This document shows positions 26,957 to 36,789 of a DNA stretch of 64,000 nucleotides, piece by piece (the first letter of the stretch is position 1; each line of letters opens with the position of its first letter). The stretch is taken from positions 1-64,000 of IMG/VR virus record IMGVR_UViG_3300037067_002168; one strand, 5' to 3'. The translations under genes were made by a program, and so were the position numbers. The notes beneath the pieces were generated by a model. The model did no database searches and had not been told where the DNA came from. It saw nothing but the letters and a program-made list of their open reading frames with translations. Source of the DNA: a virus (taxonomy: Duplodnaviria; Caudoviricetes).

Positions 26957-27788
26957 GCAGAGTATGAAGAAAGCGGTAAGAAAAGGTGACAGCGCTTGGG
27001 ATCGCATCGCCCCTATCTCATTTGGAGAAGATGACGGACTGAAGATCAACATCTATGGTAGGAGCGGTACTGGAAAGACGACGCTGTGGGCAACTTTTCC
27101 CAAACCAATTCTTGCCATCGTCTGCTCCGGCGGAACTCAACCTGGTGAGCTACGGTCGATCAATACTGCCGAATATCGTAAGACGATCTCCCAAGTCGCC
27201 GTTAGATCATCCAACGAAGTAGCCGAATTAGCAGAACGGCAGCGCAGCGAAGAGAGGTATAATACAGTAGTCTTAGACCACGCCAGCGGTCTGCAAGATT
27301 TAGTTCTTAAGGAGATTCTTGGTCTTGATGAACTACCGCCGCAACTCAGTTGGGGATTAGCTTCGCAGCAGCAGTACGGGCAACTGGCGATCAAGATGAA
27401 AGAGTTGTTACGCAGTTTACTCAATCTATCTTGTAACGTGGTGATCGTCGCGCAGGAGCGAGAGTTCAACACGGAGAGTAGCAGCGACTTATTGATGCCG
27501 TTTGTGGCGTCAGCGCTAACGCCGTCCGTGGTCGGTTGGCTCAATCCGGCTGTCGATTACATCGTTGAGACGTTCATCCGTCCCAAGTTGGTTACAAAAC
27601 AGGTGAAAGTTGCTGGCAAGGTTGTGTCCCAGACGGTACGTACTAAAGAAGTTGAATACTGCGCACGAACAGCACCGCACGACATATTCACCACGAAGTT
27701 CCGAATGCCTAAAGGATACAAGGTGCCTGAATGCATCGTCGATCCTGACCATAGTAAGATTCTATCTCTCATCAATCAAGGAGGTTAG
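26940..27788 (+). CDS. AAA_24/Sak4-like ATPase
   Basis: IYGRSGTGKTT, TVVLDHAS, VIVAQE. Confidence 0.85.
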   Translation: MPTVIKQSMKKAVRKGDSAWDRIAPISFGEDDGLKINIYGRSGTGKTTLWATFPKPILAIVCSGGTQPGELRSINTAEYRKTISQVAVRSSNEVAELAERQRSEERYNTVVLDHASGLQDLVLKEILGLDELPPQLSWGLASQQQYGQLAIKMKELLRSLLNLSCNVVIVAQEREFNTESSSDLLMPFVASALTPSVVGWLNPAVDYIVETFIRPKLVTKQVKVAGKVVSQTVRTKEVEYCARTAPHDIFTTKFRMPKGYKVPECIVDPDHSKILSLINQGG

Positions 27789-27792
27789 CAAG

Positions 27793-28020
27793 ATGCTTGT
27801 GTTATCCCGAAAAAAGAACGAAAGTATTGTCATCAATGATGACATTACAATCATGGTTGTGGAAATCCGAGGGGACAAGGTCCGTTTAGGAATCGACGCC
27901 CCCAAGGAAATGCCAGTACATAGAAAAGAAGTTTACGACGCGATCCATCGTAGTAATCCTGCCGCTGAGAAAGTCGTAGTCGAAACTGATGCAGAGATAG
28001 TTAGTCGCTCTGGCTATTGA
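27793..28020 (+). CDS. csrA: carbon storage regulator CsrA
   Basis: MLVLSRKKNESIVINDDITIMVVEIRGDKVRLGIDAPKEMPVHRKEVY. Confidence 0.96.
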   Translation: MLVLSRKKNESIVINDDITIMVVEIRGDKVRLGIDAPKEMPVHRKEVYDAIHRSNPAAEKVVVETDAEIVSRSGY

Positions 28021-28082
28021 CAAATTACTTACTTAGCAATTTTGCGTTTTTGTTTTAACCCGTTTTATAGAAGGAAAAAGTT

Positions 28083-29120
28083 ATGCCAAGGCAAACTAGC
28101 CAAAGTGGATTGGCCGCACGATTGGGCCAGAAGGGGCGTCAAGCGTACGACGCCCACAAAACCGAGGAAGCGCAGTATGGATCTGGGTCTGATTTACCAG
28201 CTGGCATCGAAGGTGGAGTAGCTCAACTTACTGAATGTAAGTTTGGTATCTACCAAACTGGTGACATGAAGGGAAAAGACTTCTTTTTAGCAGCAGGAAT
28301 CGTCAAGTCTCCAACGACAATCGCCGACGGGTCGCCAGTTCGTGGTCTTCGTACCCAGATCGGTCCAGAACCACTTTGCGACACGCCGTCGCGTACTCGT
28401 AAAACCGTGATGGACCATATCGAGTGGGTTCAGAACGAGTTGAAGAAGCTGGGTGCTGACCTTGCTGACACCGACCTCGATGACTTGGAAACGATCGTCG
28501 CCGCGCTCAAGGATGAGAAACCGCACTTCCGATTTCGCACCTGGAAGGGATCGAAGGCGACGGATGGTCCGTTCAAGGGTGTCGAACCTCGCGTGCAACA
28601 TGAGTGGAGAGGCGCTTGCGAGTACGTCGAGGACGAGAGCAACGAAGAAGTTATCGATGGCACGGAACCAGCCGAGGAAGTTGCTGAAGAACCCGAAGAA
28701 AAATCGGTCAAAAAGCCTACGGCAAAATCTGTTACGAAGCCGAAGTTGAAGACGGCAAAACCTGAAGAAGAGACGATTGAGTCACTCGCGGAAGCAGCCG
28801 ACGGCGGAGACGAAGACGCCCAGGTGAAACTTGTCAAACTAGCCGAAGCAGCCGGAGTAGACGCTGAAGCGTGTGAGTCATGGGCGGCAGTCGTTGAGTC
28901 TATCGAGGCGGCCAACGCTCCTGAAGCCGATTCTGACGATCCTGAGAAGGAATGGAAGCCAGAGAAGGGTGATATCTATCTCTACAAACCGGCCGGAAAG
29001 AAGAAGCCGGTTGATTGCGAAGTTGTTGCCGTGTTCGAGGGAAAGAGGACGGTGAACCTTAAGAACCTCGATGACGGAACCAGCTACAAGGCTATCGACT
29101 GGGATAGTCTGGAGCAGTAG
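28083..29120 (+). CDS. putative ssDNA-binding protein with acidic linker
   Basis: Follows nuclease and ATPase; acidic linker; C-terminal SH3/Tudor-like domain. Confidence 0.55.
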   Translation: MPRQTSQSGLAARLGQKGRQAYDAHKTEEAQYGSGSDLPAGIEGGVAQLTECKFGIYQTGDMKGKDFFLAAGIVKSPTTIADGSPVRGLRTQIGPEPLCDTPSRTRKTVMDHIEWVQNELKKLGADLADTDLDDLETIVAALKDEKPHFRFRTWKGSKATDGPFKGVEPRVQHEWRGACEYVEDESNEEVIDGTEPAEEVAEEPEEKSVKKPTAKSVTKPKLKTAKPEEETIESLAEAADGGDEDAQVKLVKLAEAAGVDAEACESWAAVVESIEAANAPEADSDDPEKEWKPEKGDIYLYKPAGKKKPVDCEVVAVFEGKRTVNLKNLDDGTSYKAIDWDSLEQ

Positions 29121-29269
29121 ACTAGGTAGTCGCCGTAATACATAGCGGTAGGTAAGTACAGGCGCAGAATAAGTCCTGTAGCGGCGTAATGTCGCGATAA
29201 TTACTGAGTTACAGCGTTTCTAGCTATTGCTAATTACCATCAGAAGTAGACGGGCTTCCGATGGTTAGC

Positions 29270-29328
29270 GCCAGTTCACCAGTCGTTCTTATCTTGTCGT
29301 AGGAACGACTGGTGGCTGGCCTCTTTTT
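29270..29328 (+). terminator. long-stem terminator
   Basis: caccagtcgttc/gaacgactggtg stem plus ctcttttt. Confidence 0.7.
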
Positions 29329-29346
29329 CCACCCGTACTAGCAATC

Positions 29347-29523
29347 ATGGGTATTCGAGAACAGCGTAAGAAATTACAGCGAACGATCTTGGCAATCGTA
29401 CAATGTGAAAAATCAGACTCGGCGCTTCGAGAGATAAAATTACTCAAGCAGACGATTGATAGTCAGATTGGATTATTTGAGTCGCGTCTGCTGCCTCTCG
29501 TAGATCAATTTGACGACAGTTAA
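29347..29523 (+). CDS. small hypothetical protein (58 aa)
   Basis: Read by eye; MGIREQRKKL... Confidence 0.5.
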   Translation: MGIREQRKKLQRTILAIVQCEKSDSALREIKLLKQTIDSQIGLFESRLLPLVDQFDDS

Positions 29524-29534
29524 GGAAGACTGCT

Positions 29535-30878
29535 ATGAAGTTAGTTTTGATCAATCCAGCATCATCTGGCCGTGCTGGACTATCTGATAATTACCGGTCT
29601 AAGCATCCTCCGTTGGCTCTTGCAATGCTAGCTGAGATGACGCCAGACGACTGGGAGATTGTAGTTCAGGATGAAAACTATGGGAGAGCAGAGATAGTAC
29701 CAGATGCCAATTTAGTCGGTATCACATCATTTACGTCACGTGTCAACCGTGCTTATGAGTTATCTACCCAATATAGGCAGTTAGGAATACCGACTGTGCT
29801 GGGCGGTATTCACGCCTGGGCCAGATCAGATGAGGCGATGGCAAGGTTTACGTCTGTAGTAATCGGGGAGGCGGAATCGGTATGGTCCCAACTTTGCCAG
29901 GACGCCCGACAAGATAAGTTGCAGGCGCAGTATATCGGCCGTCCTGCATCTAGGTTTACCATACCAGACCGATCTGTGTTGAGACCAGAATACCCAGTCG
30001 ATTCAATAGCAACATCACGCGGGTGCCCTGAAAACTGCTCGTTCTGCTCCGTGCATGACTTCTCCGGTAAGAAGTTTCGACGGCAACTACTGTCTCGTGT
30101 TGAAGAGGATCTGCAGAATATCAAGAGTGACTATGTGTTCGTCGTAGACGATAATTTTCGCGGATTCAACTACCAACACCTGCTAGACTCTATTGCAATC
30201 CTGAAGTTAATGGCTCAGGCGAAGAAAGAATATATCATCCAGTGTCCGATGCGAGTCTGCCAAGAAGACGATTTTCTTCAGGCTGCCGGCGAAGCAGGAG
30301 TTCGTATGATCTTCGTCGGGCTGGAGACAGGCGACGAGCAGGGGTTGCAGATCGTCAGCAAACGGCAGAACCTCAAATACGGATTTGACTTCAGCCGAAT
30401 ACACAAGGCCGGGATTGGCGTGATCGGATCGTTCATGATCGGATTAGACACCGATACCCCACAGAAGCTGCGTGACCGGGCGAAGTTTATGGTTGACTGT
30501 GGTATAGACAGCATCCAGGTGACGATCGTGACACCGCTACCAGGGACTAGACTGTTTAATCAATTACTAAGTGAAGGTCGGTTACTGTACACCAATTTTC
30601 CAGAAGACTGGGGTCACTACGATATGTCTGAGTTGGTCTACCTGCCTTCTGGGTTCAGGTCATTATCTGAGTTCTATGCTGCCGCTTGCGACGTAGTGCA
30701 AGAGGTATTCAGCGACGCCGCTATCAAGATGATGGTTCGTAGAACCTATGACGTAACAAAGAGTCAGTCAGTCGCTCTATTCGCCCAGATGCTGAACTAT
30801 TCCTACAGAGAGATTATCTGGGAAGAGGCGAAGATGTGGAATAAACTTTCCTGGGATAACTATGCCAAAACTAAGTAG
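29535..30878 (+). CDS. B12-binding radical SAM protein
   Basis: PPLALA, VLGGIHA, GEAE, TSRGCPENCSFC. Confidence 0.93.
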   Translation: MKLVLINPASSGRAGLSDNYRSKHPPLALAMLAEMTPDDWEIVVQDENYGRAEIVPDANLVGITSFTSRVNRAYELSTQYRQLGIPTVLGGIHAWARSDEAMARFTSVVIGEAESVWSQLCQDARQDKLQAQYIGRPASRFTIPDRSVLRPEYPVDSIATSRGCPENCSFCSVHDFSGKKFRRQLLSRVEEDLQNIKSDYVFVVDDNFRGFNYQHLLDSIAILKLMAQAKKEYIIQCPMRVCQEDDFLQAAGEAGVRMIFVGLETGDEQGLQIVSKRQNLKYGFDFSRIHKAGIGVIGSFMIGLDTDTPQKLRDRAKFMVDCGIDSIQVTIVTPLPGTRLFNQLLSEGRLLYTNFPEDWGHYDMSELVYLPSGFRSLSEFYAAACDVVQEVFSDAAIKMMVRRTYDVTKSQSVALFAQMLNYSYREIIWEEAKMWNKLSWDNYAKTK

Positions 30879-31632
30879 TATCAGGCTGAAACGCAATCGA
30901 GCGTATCAAGGCGATTGCTTAGACTTGATGAAATATATTGAACCTAAGTCAATTGATATGATCCTTTGCGATCTACCGTATGGAACAACGGCGTGTAAGT
31001 GGGATACTATAATCCCATTTGTACCACTTTGGGAACAGTACAACCGTGTAATCAAGGATGGTGGAGCAATCGTATTGACTGCTAGTCAACCATTTACAAG
31101 TGCATTAGTGATGAGTAACATTAAACTGTTTAGATATGAATGGATTTGGAATAAGGGCAAAGGAAGCAATCCGTTATTATCTAAAAAACAGCCAATGAAA
31201 TCCCATGAAAATATACTTGTATTTTCAAAGCGGCAAACAAAATATATCCCGCAAATGACAGTAGGCCAAAAATATGCTGTACCAAAAACTGGCGGAAATA
31301 GGCATAATCGGATAATTGGTTCGTTTGCAGATAACCCACATTTTGTCCAAAAAACAGATCCAACAAAGCGATTTCCTGTATCAATTCAAAATTATTCAAT
31401 ACACTGCGGTAGTAAATTGCACCCAACACAAAAACCCGTGGCCCTCTTTGAGTATCTCATCAAGACATACACCAATAAGGGCGATCTAGTTTTGGACAAC
31501 TGCGCTGGTAGTGGAACAACCGGGATAGCATGTTTGAATACCGACCGTGATTTTATTTTGATCGAAAAACTACCTGAGTACGTAGATGTAATCAACCAGC
31601 GAATCGCCGAACACCATGCCAAAACTACCTGA
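30862..31632 (+). CDS. beta-class N4/N6 DNA methyltransferase
   Basis: DLPYG, HPTQKPV.L, VLDNCAGSGTT. Confidence 0.93.
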   Translation: MPKLSSIRLKRNRAYQGDCLDLMKYIEPKSIDMILCDLPYGTTACKWDTIIPFVPLWEQYNRVIKDGGAIVLTASQPFTSALVMSNIKLFRYEWIWNKGKGSNPLLSKKQPMKSHENILVFSKRQTKYIPQMTVGQKYAVPKTGGNRHNRIIGSFADNPHFVQKTDPTKRFPVSIQNYSIHCGSKLHPTQKPVALFEYLIKTYTNKGDLVLDNCAGSGTTGIACLNTDRDFILIEKLPEYVDVINQRIAEHHAKTT

Positions 31633-31774
31633 TAAACTTTTGCAACAACGAAGATTAAAGGAACAACAGAAACTAGTTGCAAGTGTCCTATGTATTGCTT
31701 GCGGCGGATCAGGGAAAGCGAGCAACGGTAGTCGGTGTGTTCCCTGCCGAGGAAAAGGAATCCGATGTCGCTAG
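31616..31774 (+). CDS. small DnaJ-type zinc-finger protein
   Basis: CIACGGSG...CVPCRGKG; read by eye. Confidence 0.6.
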   Translation: MPKLPDKLLQQRRLKEQQKLVASVLCIACGGSGKASNGSRCVPCRGKGIRCR

Positions 31775-32364
31775 CTGACCGGCTTCGTAAGTCCATAGTT
31801 GCCAGACCGAAAGTAGAATGGGTCAGACGGCCTGAAATACTACTAAATGAAAATATCCCTCTCCCATTACACGGAATAGCACCACGAGTAGTCTTGGGGG
31901 CGAAGTGGTGGGAAGCAACACGGCAGGCTGCCTATCGAAGCACTTCATTTCACTGTGTCGCCTGTGGTATATGGAAGGGCGTAGCTGAATATCGACAGTG
32001 GTTGGAGGGACACGAGGTCTACCAAATTGACTATCAACGTGGCAGGGCAGTCTACATAGAAACGGTTCCACTGTGTCACTTGTGCCACAACTTTATTCAT
32101 GATGGTAGACTACAAGCCTTACTAGAACAAGGTAAAATACAGCAGGCGAAGTATGCCGCTATTTTGCAGCATGGGCATCGAGTATTAACAGCGGTAGGTT
32201 TACGCCGTCCTACTCATGCCGAGCGAGAAAATGTAATCACTGATTTGATTGTCAAAGGCGATGTGGCTTCTTGGGATAAATGGCGGTTGGTGATTGACGG
32301 AGTAGAGTACCCGCCGTTGTATCAGACGTTTGACGATTGGAAGAAAGCGTTTAAGGTTACATAA
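31765..32364 (+). CDS. HNH-like protein
   Basis: CVAC, LEGHE, LCHLCHNFIH. Confidence 0.7.
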   Translation: MSLADRLRKSIVARPKVEWVRRPEILLNENIPLPLHGIAPRVVLGAKWWEATRQAAYRSTSFHCVACGIWKGVAEYRQWLEGHEVYQIDYQRGRAVYIETVPLCHLCHNFIHDGRLQALLEQGKIQQAKYAAILQHGHRVLTAVGLRRPTHAERENVITDLIVKGDVASWDKWRLVIDGVEYPPLYQTFDDWKKAFKVT

Positions 32365-32365
32365 G

Positions 32366-34396
32366 ATGCCGAAAATCAAACGACGTATCATCTCTATTGA
32401 TACAGAGACAACAGGATTAGACTGCTATCATGGGGCTAGACCGTTCTTGGTGACTACCTGTAACCAGCGGGATGAAGTCAGCTGGTGGGAGTGGCCAGTC
32501 GATCCGCTGACTCGTAAAGTGCAAGTAATCAAATCTGACTTATTGGAGATACAGCAAGAGATTGACCGAGCGGACGAGCTGATACTACAAAATCCAAAGT
32601 TCGATTATAAGATGCTCTATCTTTTGTTTCAAGACGCTGGTTTGGAGTTACGATGGGATTGGACGAAAGTGCGTGATACACTGTTGGCCGGGCATCTATT
32701 GGCGAGCAATCAGCCGCACGACCTAACAACGATGGGGTTGGTCTATTTGGGAATCAACATCGAACCATTGGAGGATGGCGTCAAGAAGGCAACCCAAGAG
32801 GCGCGACGGCTAGCCAAGAATGACTACCCGACTTGGCGACTGGCGAAGGTTGGCCTACCTGAGATGCCTAGTGCCAAAGAGAGCACTTGGAAATACGATA
32901 TGTGGCTACCGCGAGCGATTGCCGAGACTGAAAGCTACCCAGAAAATCACGAGTGGTGGACCGTCTGCTCTGAATATGCCAACGGCGATAGTGCTGTAAC
33001 GCTCCCACTCTATCTGAGGCAGGCAGAGATATTGAAGCAGCGGGGGTTGACTCGAATCTATCAAGAACGATTGAAGTTGTTGCCTATCGTAGTTGCTATG
33101 GAAGATCGGGGCATTACAATTAGCGGCGAACGACTGGAAGAGTTGCGGGGCGATTATGAAACAGAAAGTGGCAAGGCGGGTCGAGTATGCAGGACAATCG
33201 CTGGTGGATTAGGCTGCGACTTAGTGCTCCCAAAATCAGGTAACAACAAATCGCTGACAGACTTTGTTTTTGGACCGTTGGGTCTCAAGGCAGAAAAATC
33301 TAGCAAGAAGACGGGTAAGCCGAGTCTTGACAAGTCAGTGTTAGAGCACTGGGAGGCGACGCTGCCAGCCCATAGTAAGGCACTGACTTTTGTCAAATCG
33401 CTCAAGGGAAAACGCAAGCGTGACACCGCATTAAACTACATGGAGGGATATAGGAAGTTCTGGATTCCACTGACTGATCAACCTGATTGGTTTTGCTTGC
33501 ATCCATCGTTGAATGCGACAGGTACGGATACTCTACGGTGGAGCAGTCAGAATCCAAATGAGCAGAACATCAGTAAGCAGGAGGGATTCAACCTTCGATA
33601 CATGTTTGGGCCAGCATCTGGTCGTGAGTGGTGGTCTTTGGACGCAAAGAACATTGAGCTGCGATTGCCCGCTTATGAGTCGGGTGAGACGGATATGATT
33701 GATCTATTTGAGCGGCCAGACGATCCGCCCTATTACGGCAGCAATCATCTTCTTGTGTTTGACATCTTACACCCAGACTTATTTGCCAAGTATGGCAAGG
33801 ACGTAAAAAAGCTGTTTGCGTCTACTTGGTATCAGTGGACAAAAAATGGCAATTTTGCAGTAACATATGGAGCTGTAGAACAGAGCGGCACGGCTGACCG
33901 AGCATATCATGTTACTGGAGCGCAGCATATTATCAACAGTCGATTCACGAAGATCAAACAGCTCAATGAGAGGATGATTGAGTTTGCCCAGAAGAATGGT
34001 TACGTTGAGACAATGCCGGACAAGACAGTCGATCCAAAACGTGGCTATCCATTGCTGTGTTCTCGAAATAACTGGGGTAGTATCTCGCCGACGATCCCAC
34101 TCAATTACCACGTCCAGGGATCAGCATGCTGGTGGATGATGAAGGCTATGATTCGTTGCCAAGCGTTATTAGACGACTACAACGCCAATCAAAAACCAGA
34201 ATACAAAGCGTATATGGTAATGCAGATTCATGATGAAGTAGTTTTTGATTTTCCATTTGTTATAAATAAGGGTAATTTGCCTATTCTTAGAAATATATCT
34301 AAATTGATGGAAAAAAGTGGCGACGATCTAGGGGTACCCACTCCTGTAAGTCTGGAATACCACCCAAATAATTGGTCAGACGGCGAATCAGCATGA
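32366..34396 (+). CDS. polA: family A DNA polymerase with 3'-5' exonuclease
   Basis: IDTETTG, TLRWSS.NPN.QNI, DAKNIELR, KNGNFAVTYG, QIHDE. Confidence 0.95.
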   Translation: MPKIKRRIISIDTETTGLDCYHGARPFLVTTCNQRDEVSWWEWPVDPLTRKVQVIKSDLLEIQQEIDRADELILQNPKFDYKMLYLLFQDAGLELRWDWTKVRDTLLAGHLLASNQPHDLTTMGLVYLGINIEPLEDGVKKATQEARRLAKNDYPTWRLAKVGLPEMPSAKESTWKYDMWLPRAIAETESYPENHEWWTVCSEYANGDSAVTLPLYLRQAEILKQRGLTRIYQERLKLLPIVVAMEDRGITISGERLEELRGDYETESGKAGRVCRTIAGGLGCDLVLPKSGNNKSLTDFVFGPLGLKAEKSSKKTGKPSLDKSVLEHWEATLPAHSKALTFVKSLKGKRKRDTALNYMEGYRKFWIPLTDQPDWFCLHPSLNATGTDTLRWSSQNPNEQNISKQEGFNLRYMFGPASGREWWSLDAKNIELRLPAYESGETDMIDLFERPDDPPYYGSNHLLVFDILHPDLFAKYGKDVKKLFASTWYQWTKNGNFAVTYGAVEQSGTADRAYHVTGAQHIINSRFTKIKQLNERMIEFAQKNGYVETMPDKTVDPKRGYPLLCSRNNWGSISPTIPLNYHVQGSACWWMMKAMIRCQALLDDYNANQKPEYKAYMVMQIHDEVVFDFPFVINKGNLPILRNISKLMEKSGDDLGVPTPVSLEYHPNNWSDGESA

Positions 34397-34863
34397 AAAA
34401 AGAGCCAGCAATTACTAGGTTTTGGAGAAAAGTACGAAAAACCAAAACCTGTTGGATTTGGACCGACCACACTGGAAAAAGAGGTACCGGAATAATCTGG
34501 ATTTCAGGAAAACCGATTTCTGCCCATATATTTGCTTATGAACAATTTATAGGCCCTATACCGGATGGTCTATATATTTGCCACCATTGTGATAATCCTA
34601 AGTGTGTTAATCCAAAACACCTATTTGCTGGAACTCAAAATGACAATATGCAAGACATGAAACGTAAGAAAAGGGCAAATCACCCATTAGGAGAAGCTAA
34701 TGGCAGAGCCGTACTAACTGAAGCTAATGTGCGAGAAATAAGGGCGTTTTGTAAGCCCTGGTCCAAGCAGCACGGTCAAGTTATCTATGCTAAGAAGTTC
34801 GGTGTAACTGTGACAGCTATACAAGACGTTCTCAAACGAAAGAGATGGTCTCATGTTATCTGA
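34393..34863 (+). CDS. free-standing HNH endonuclease
   Basis: CWIW...CHHCDNPKCVNPKHLFAGT..DN. Confidence 0.92.
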   Translation: MKKEPAITRFWRKVRKTKTCWIWTDHTGKRGTGIIWISGKPISAHIFAYEQFIGPIPDGLYICHHCDNPKCVNPKHLFAGTQNDNMQDMKRKKRANHPLGEANGRAVLTEANVREIRAFCKPWSKQHGQVIYAKKFGVTVTAIQDVLKRKRWSHVI

Positions 34864-35698
34864 TGTATCTAGTCTATCTCCAATAGATCGGTTGATCTAC
34901 TGGATAAAGGAGCGGGAGAGTGTTCGCCTGAAGAAAGAAGCAGGAGAACCAAAACCGTGGACAGATGATCCAATCCTACAAAAATACAGATTCTGCAATG
35001 TGCGACGGATGGATGATAAAGTCAGTCAGTGGCTGTTACACAACTGGTACGAGCCGTTTCACGATCATCCGAATATGCTGATTGCATGCTGTCTGGCTAG
35101 GTTTTTTAACCTACCTTCGTCGTTAGAAGCAATTGGGTTCCCAGAAGTTTGGGATGCTGCCAAGGTTCGATCTGTCTTACGTCGATTGAAGAAGCAGGGC
35201 AAGACGATTTTCAACGCTGCTTACATGGTGCGTGGAAACGATGGAGTTGATAAGGTTGCTTGTGTAATCAACTATTCAATCCAACCGTTAGTTAAACACC
35301 CTCCAATTATTGATACGTCTAGTATGCAAAATACTTGGAAGGCACTAGAGTGTCGGCGGGGGTTTGGATCATTTATGGCTGGACAAGTTGTTGCCGATCT
35401 ACGGTGGGGATTGTCGGGCAGCTGGGAAGATAAGGGTACCTGGGCTCCTATTGGTCCTGGATCAAAACGAGGAATGAATATCCTGCTTGGTAGGGAGTTG
35501 GAATCACCGATTACGCAGAGCGATTTTAACATCCAACTCAATAATCTTATGCTCGATCTGAGAATCCGTCTACTGATTAAATTGACTGGTAGGTTGGAAG
35601 CGATTGATTATCAAAATTGTCTCTGCGAGTATTCGGGATATGAGAAAGTGCTTTGGGGTAGGGGCAGGAAGAAACAATTGTATCCTGGATTGGTGTAG
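34853..35698 (+). CDS. aGPT-Pplase1 / 5-hmdU DNA kinase family protein
   Basis: WI.ERE...PWTDDPILQKYRFCNVRR.DD. Confidence 0.85.
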   Translation: MLSDVSSLSPIDRLIYWIKERESVRLKKEAGEPKPWTDDPILQKYRFCNVRRMDDKVSQWLLHNWYEPFHDHPNMLIACCLARFFNLPSSLEAIGFPEVWDAAKVRSVLRRLKKQGKTIFNAAYMVRGNDGVDKVACVINYSIQPLVKHPPIIDTSSMQNTWKALECRRGFGSFMAGQVVADLRWGLSGSWEDKGTWAPIGPGSKRGMNILLGRELESPITQSDFNIQLNNLMLDLRIRLLIKLTGRLEAIDYQNCLCEYSGYEKVLWGRGRKKQLYPGLV

Positions 35699-35699
35699 T

Positions 35700-36251
35700 A
35701 TGGCAGTTATTGGATTAGTTGGCCCACATGCAATTGGTAAAACAACTGCCTGTTATCGCTGGCTTACTAGATACCGGGGAAAGCTGGTTTGCGCTATTGC
35801 TGATAATCAGTGGGAGGCTAGATCAGCAACAGATCGAACTAGGGTCAGGAACTGGAAAGGAACAATACAAGAGAAACAGCAGTTGGTAGAGCAATGTCAA
35901 TCCCGGCAGGAAGTAATTGTAATTGACTCGGTACGCACAACCAACCTAAACTACTTTCAACCGACTGATCCAGTGATTATTGTAACTTGCAGTTGGCAAG
36001 TTATGAACCAAGTTTTGCGAGACCGGTGTAAAAGAAATAATAAGAAGTTTAACGAGAAATACTGGGATCAATGGAAATTAGACTATGAATCACATAGACG
36101 GTATTTGAATTATGCTGCCAAAAGATTATCTGCCAGCCAGTGGAAGCATTTTGTCATAGAAGATCAAGCAAGGGACTGGCTGGCTGTTGATGATTATTTT
36201 GGTTCATTGTTTAGAAGGTTGCATAATAGGATTGTGAGAAACCGTGTCTAG
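35700..36251 (+). CDS. P-loop kinase
   Basis: IGLVGPHAIGKTT. Confidence 0.7.
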   Translation: MAVIGLVGPHAIGKTTACYRWLTRYRGKLVCAIADNQWEARSATDRTRVRNWKGTIQEKQQLVEQCQSRQEVIVIDSVRTTNLNYFQPTDPVIIVTCSWQVMNQVLRDRCKRNNKKFNEKYWDQWKLDYESHRRYLNYAAKRLSASQWKHFVIEDQARDWLAVDDYFGSLFRRLHNRIVRNRV

Positions 36252-36789
36252 TTGTATTCAAGTAAGGGGAACTAGCGGTAGTGGAAAATCCACGGTAATG
36301 CGTCAGGTGATACACGGCTTGGGCGATTGGGTTCCTCAATTTGTAGAAAAACGTAAGCAACCGTTGTACTATCACCACGTTGATTTTGATCTGGTTGTTT
36401 TGGGTCACTATGGATCGCCATGCGGTGGTTGTGATACAATAGGAAGTGCTCGGGCGGTTTATGAACTGATACAACAGATTGATGCTAAGGTAATCTTGTG
36501 TGAGGGACTATTGTTGAGTGAGGATACATTATGGAGCAGCCAACTCGCTAACCTTCGAGTATTGTTCTTAACTACACCGATTCAACAGTGCTTGACTTGG
36601 ATTGGTGATCGACGGATAGCAGCCGGAAACGTAAAACCCCTGAATCCAAATAACACGGTAAATCGAGTAGCTACAATAGAACGTGCTAGGCAAAAGTTAG
36701 TAAAATTAGGGGTTCCGTGTCGGCGTGCTTCTGCTAAACAAGCACCAGAAATTGTTCTTAAATGGGTCAAAGAGATATGCCAAAAATAG
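36244..36789 (+). CDS. P-loop kinase (hypermodification-associated type)
   Basis: VRGTSGSGKST, GGCDT, ILCEGLL. Confidence 0.8.
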   Translation: MSSCIQVRGTSGSGKSTVMRQVIHGLGDWVPQFVEKRKQPLYYHHVDFDLVVLGHYGSPCGGCDTIGSARAVYELIQQIDAKVILCEGLLLSEDTLWSSQLANLRVLFLTTPIQQCLTWIGDRRIAAGNVKPLNPNNTVNRVATIERARQKLVKLGVPCRRASAKQAPEIVLKWVKEICQK

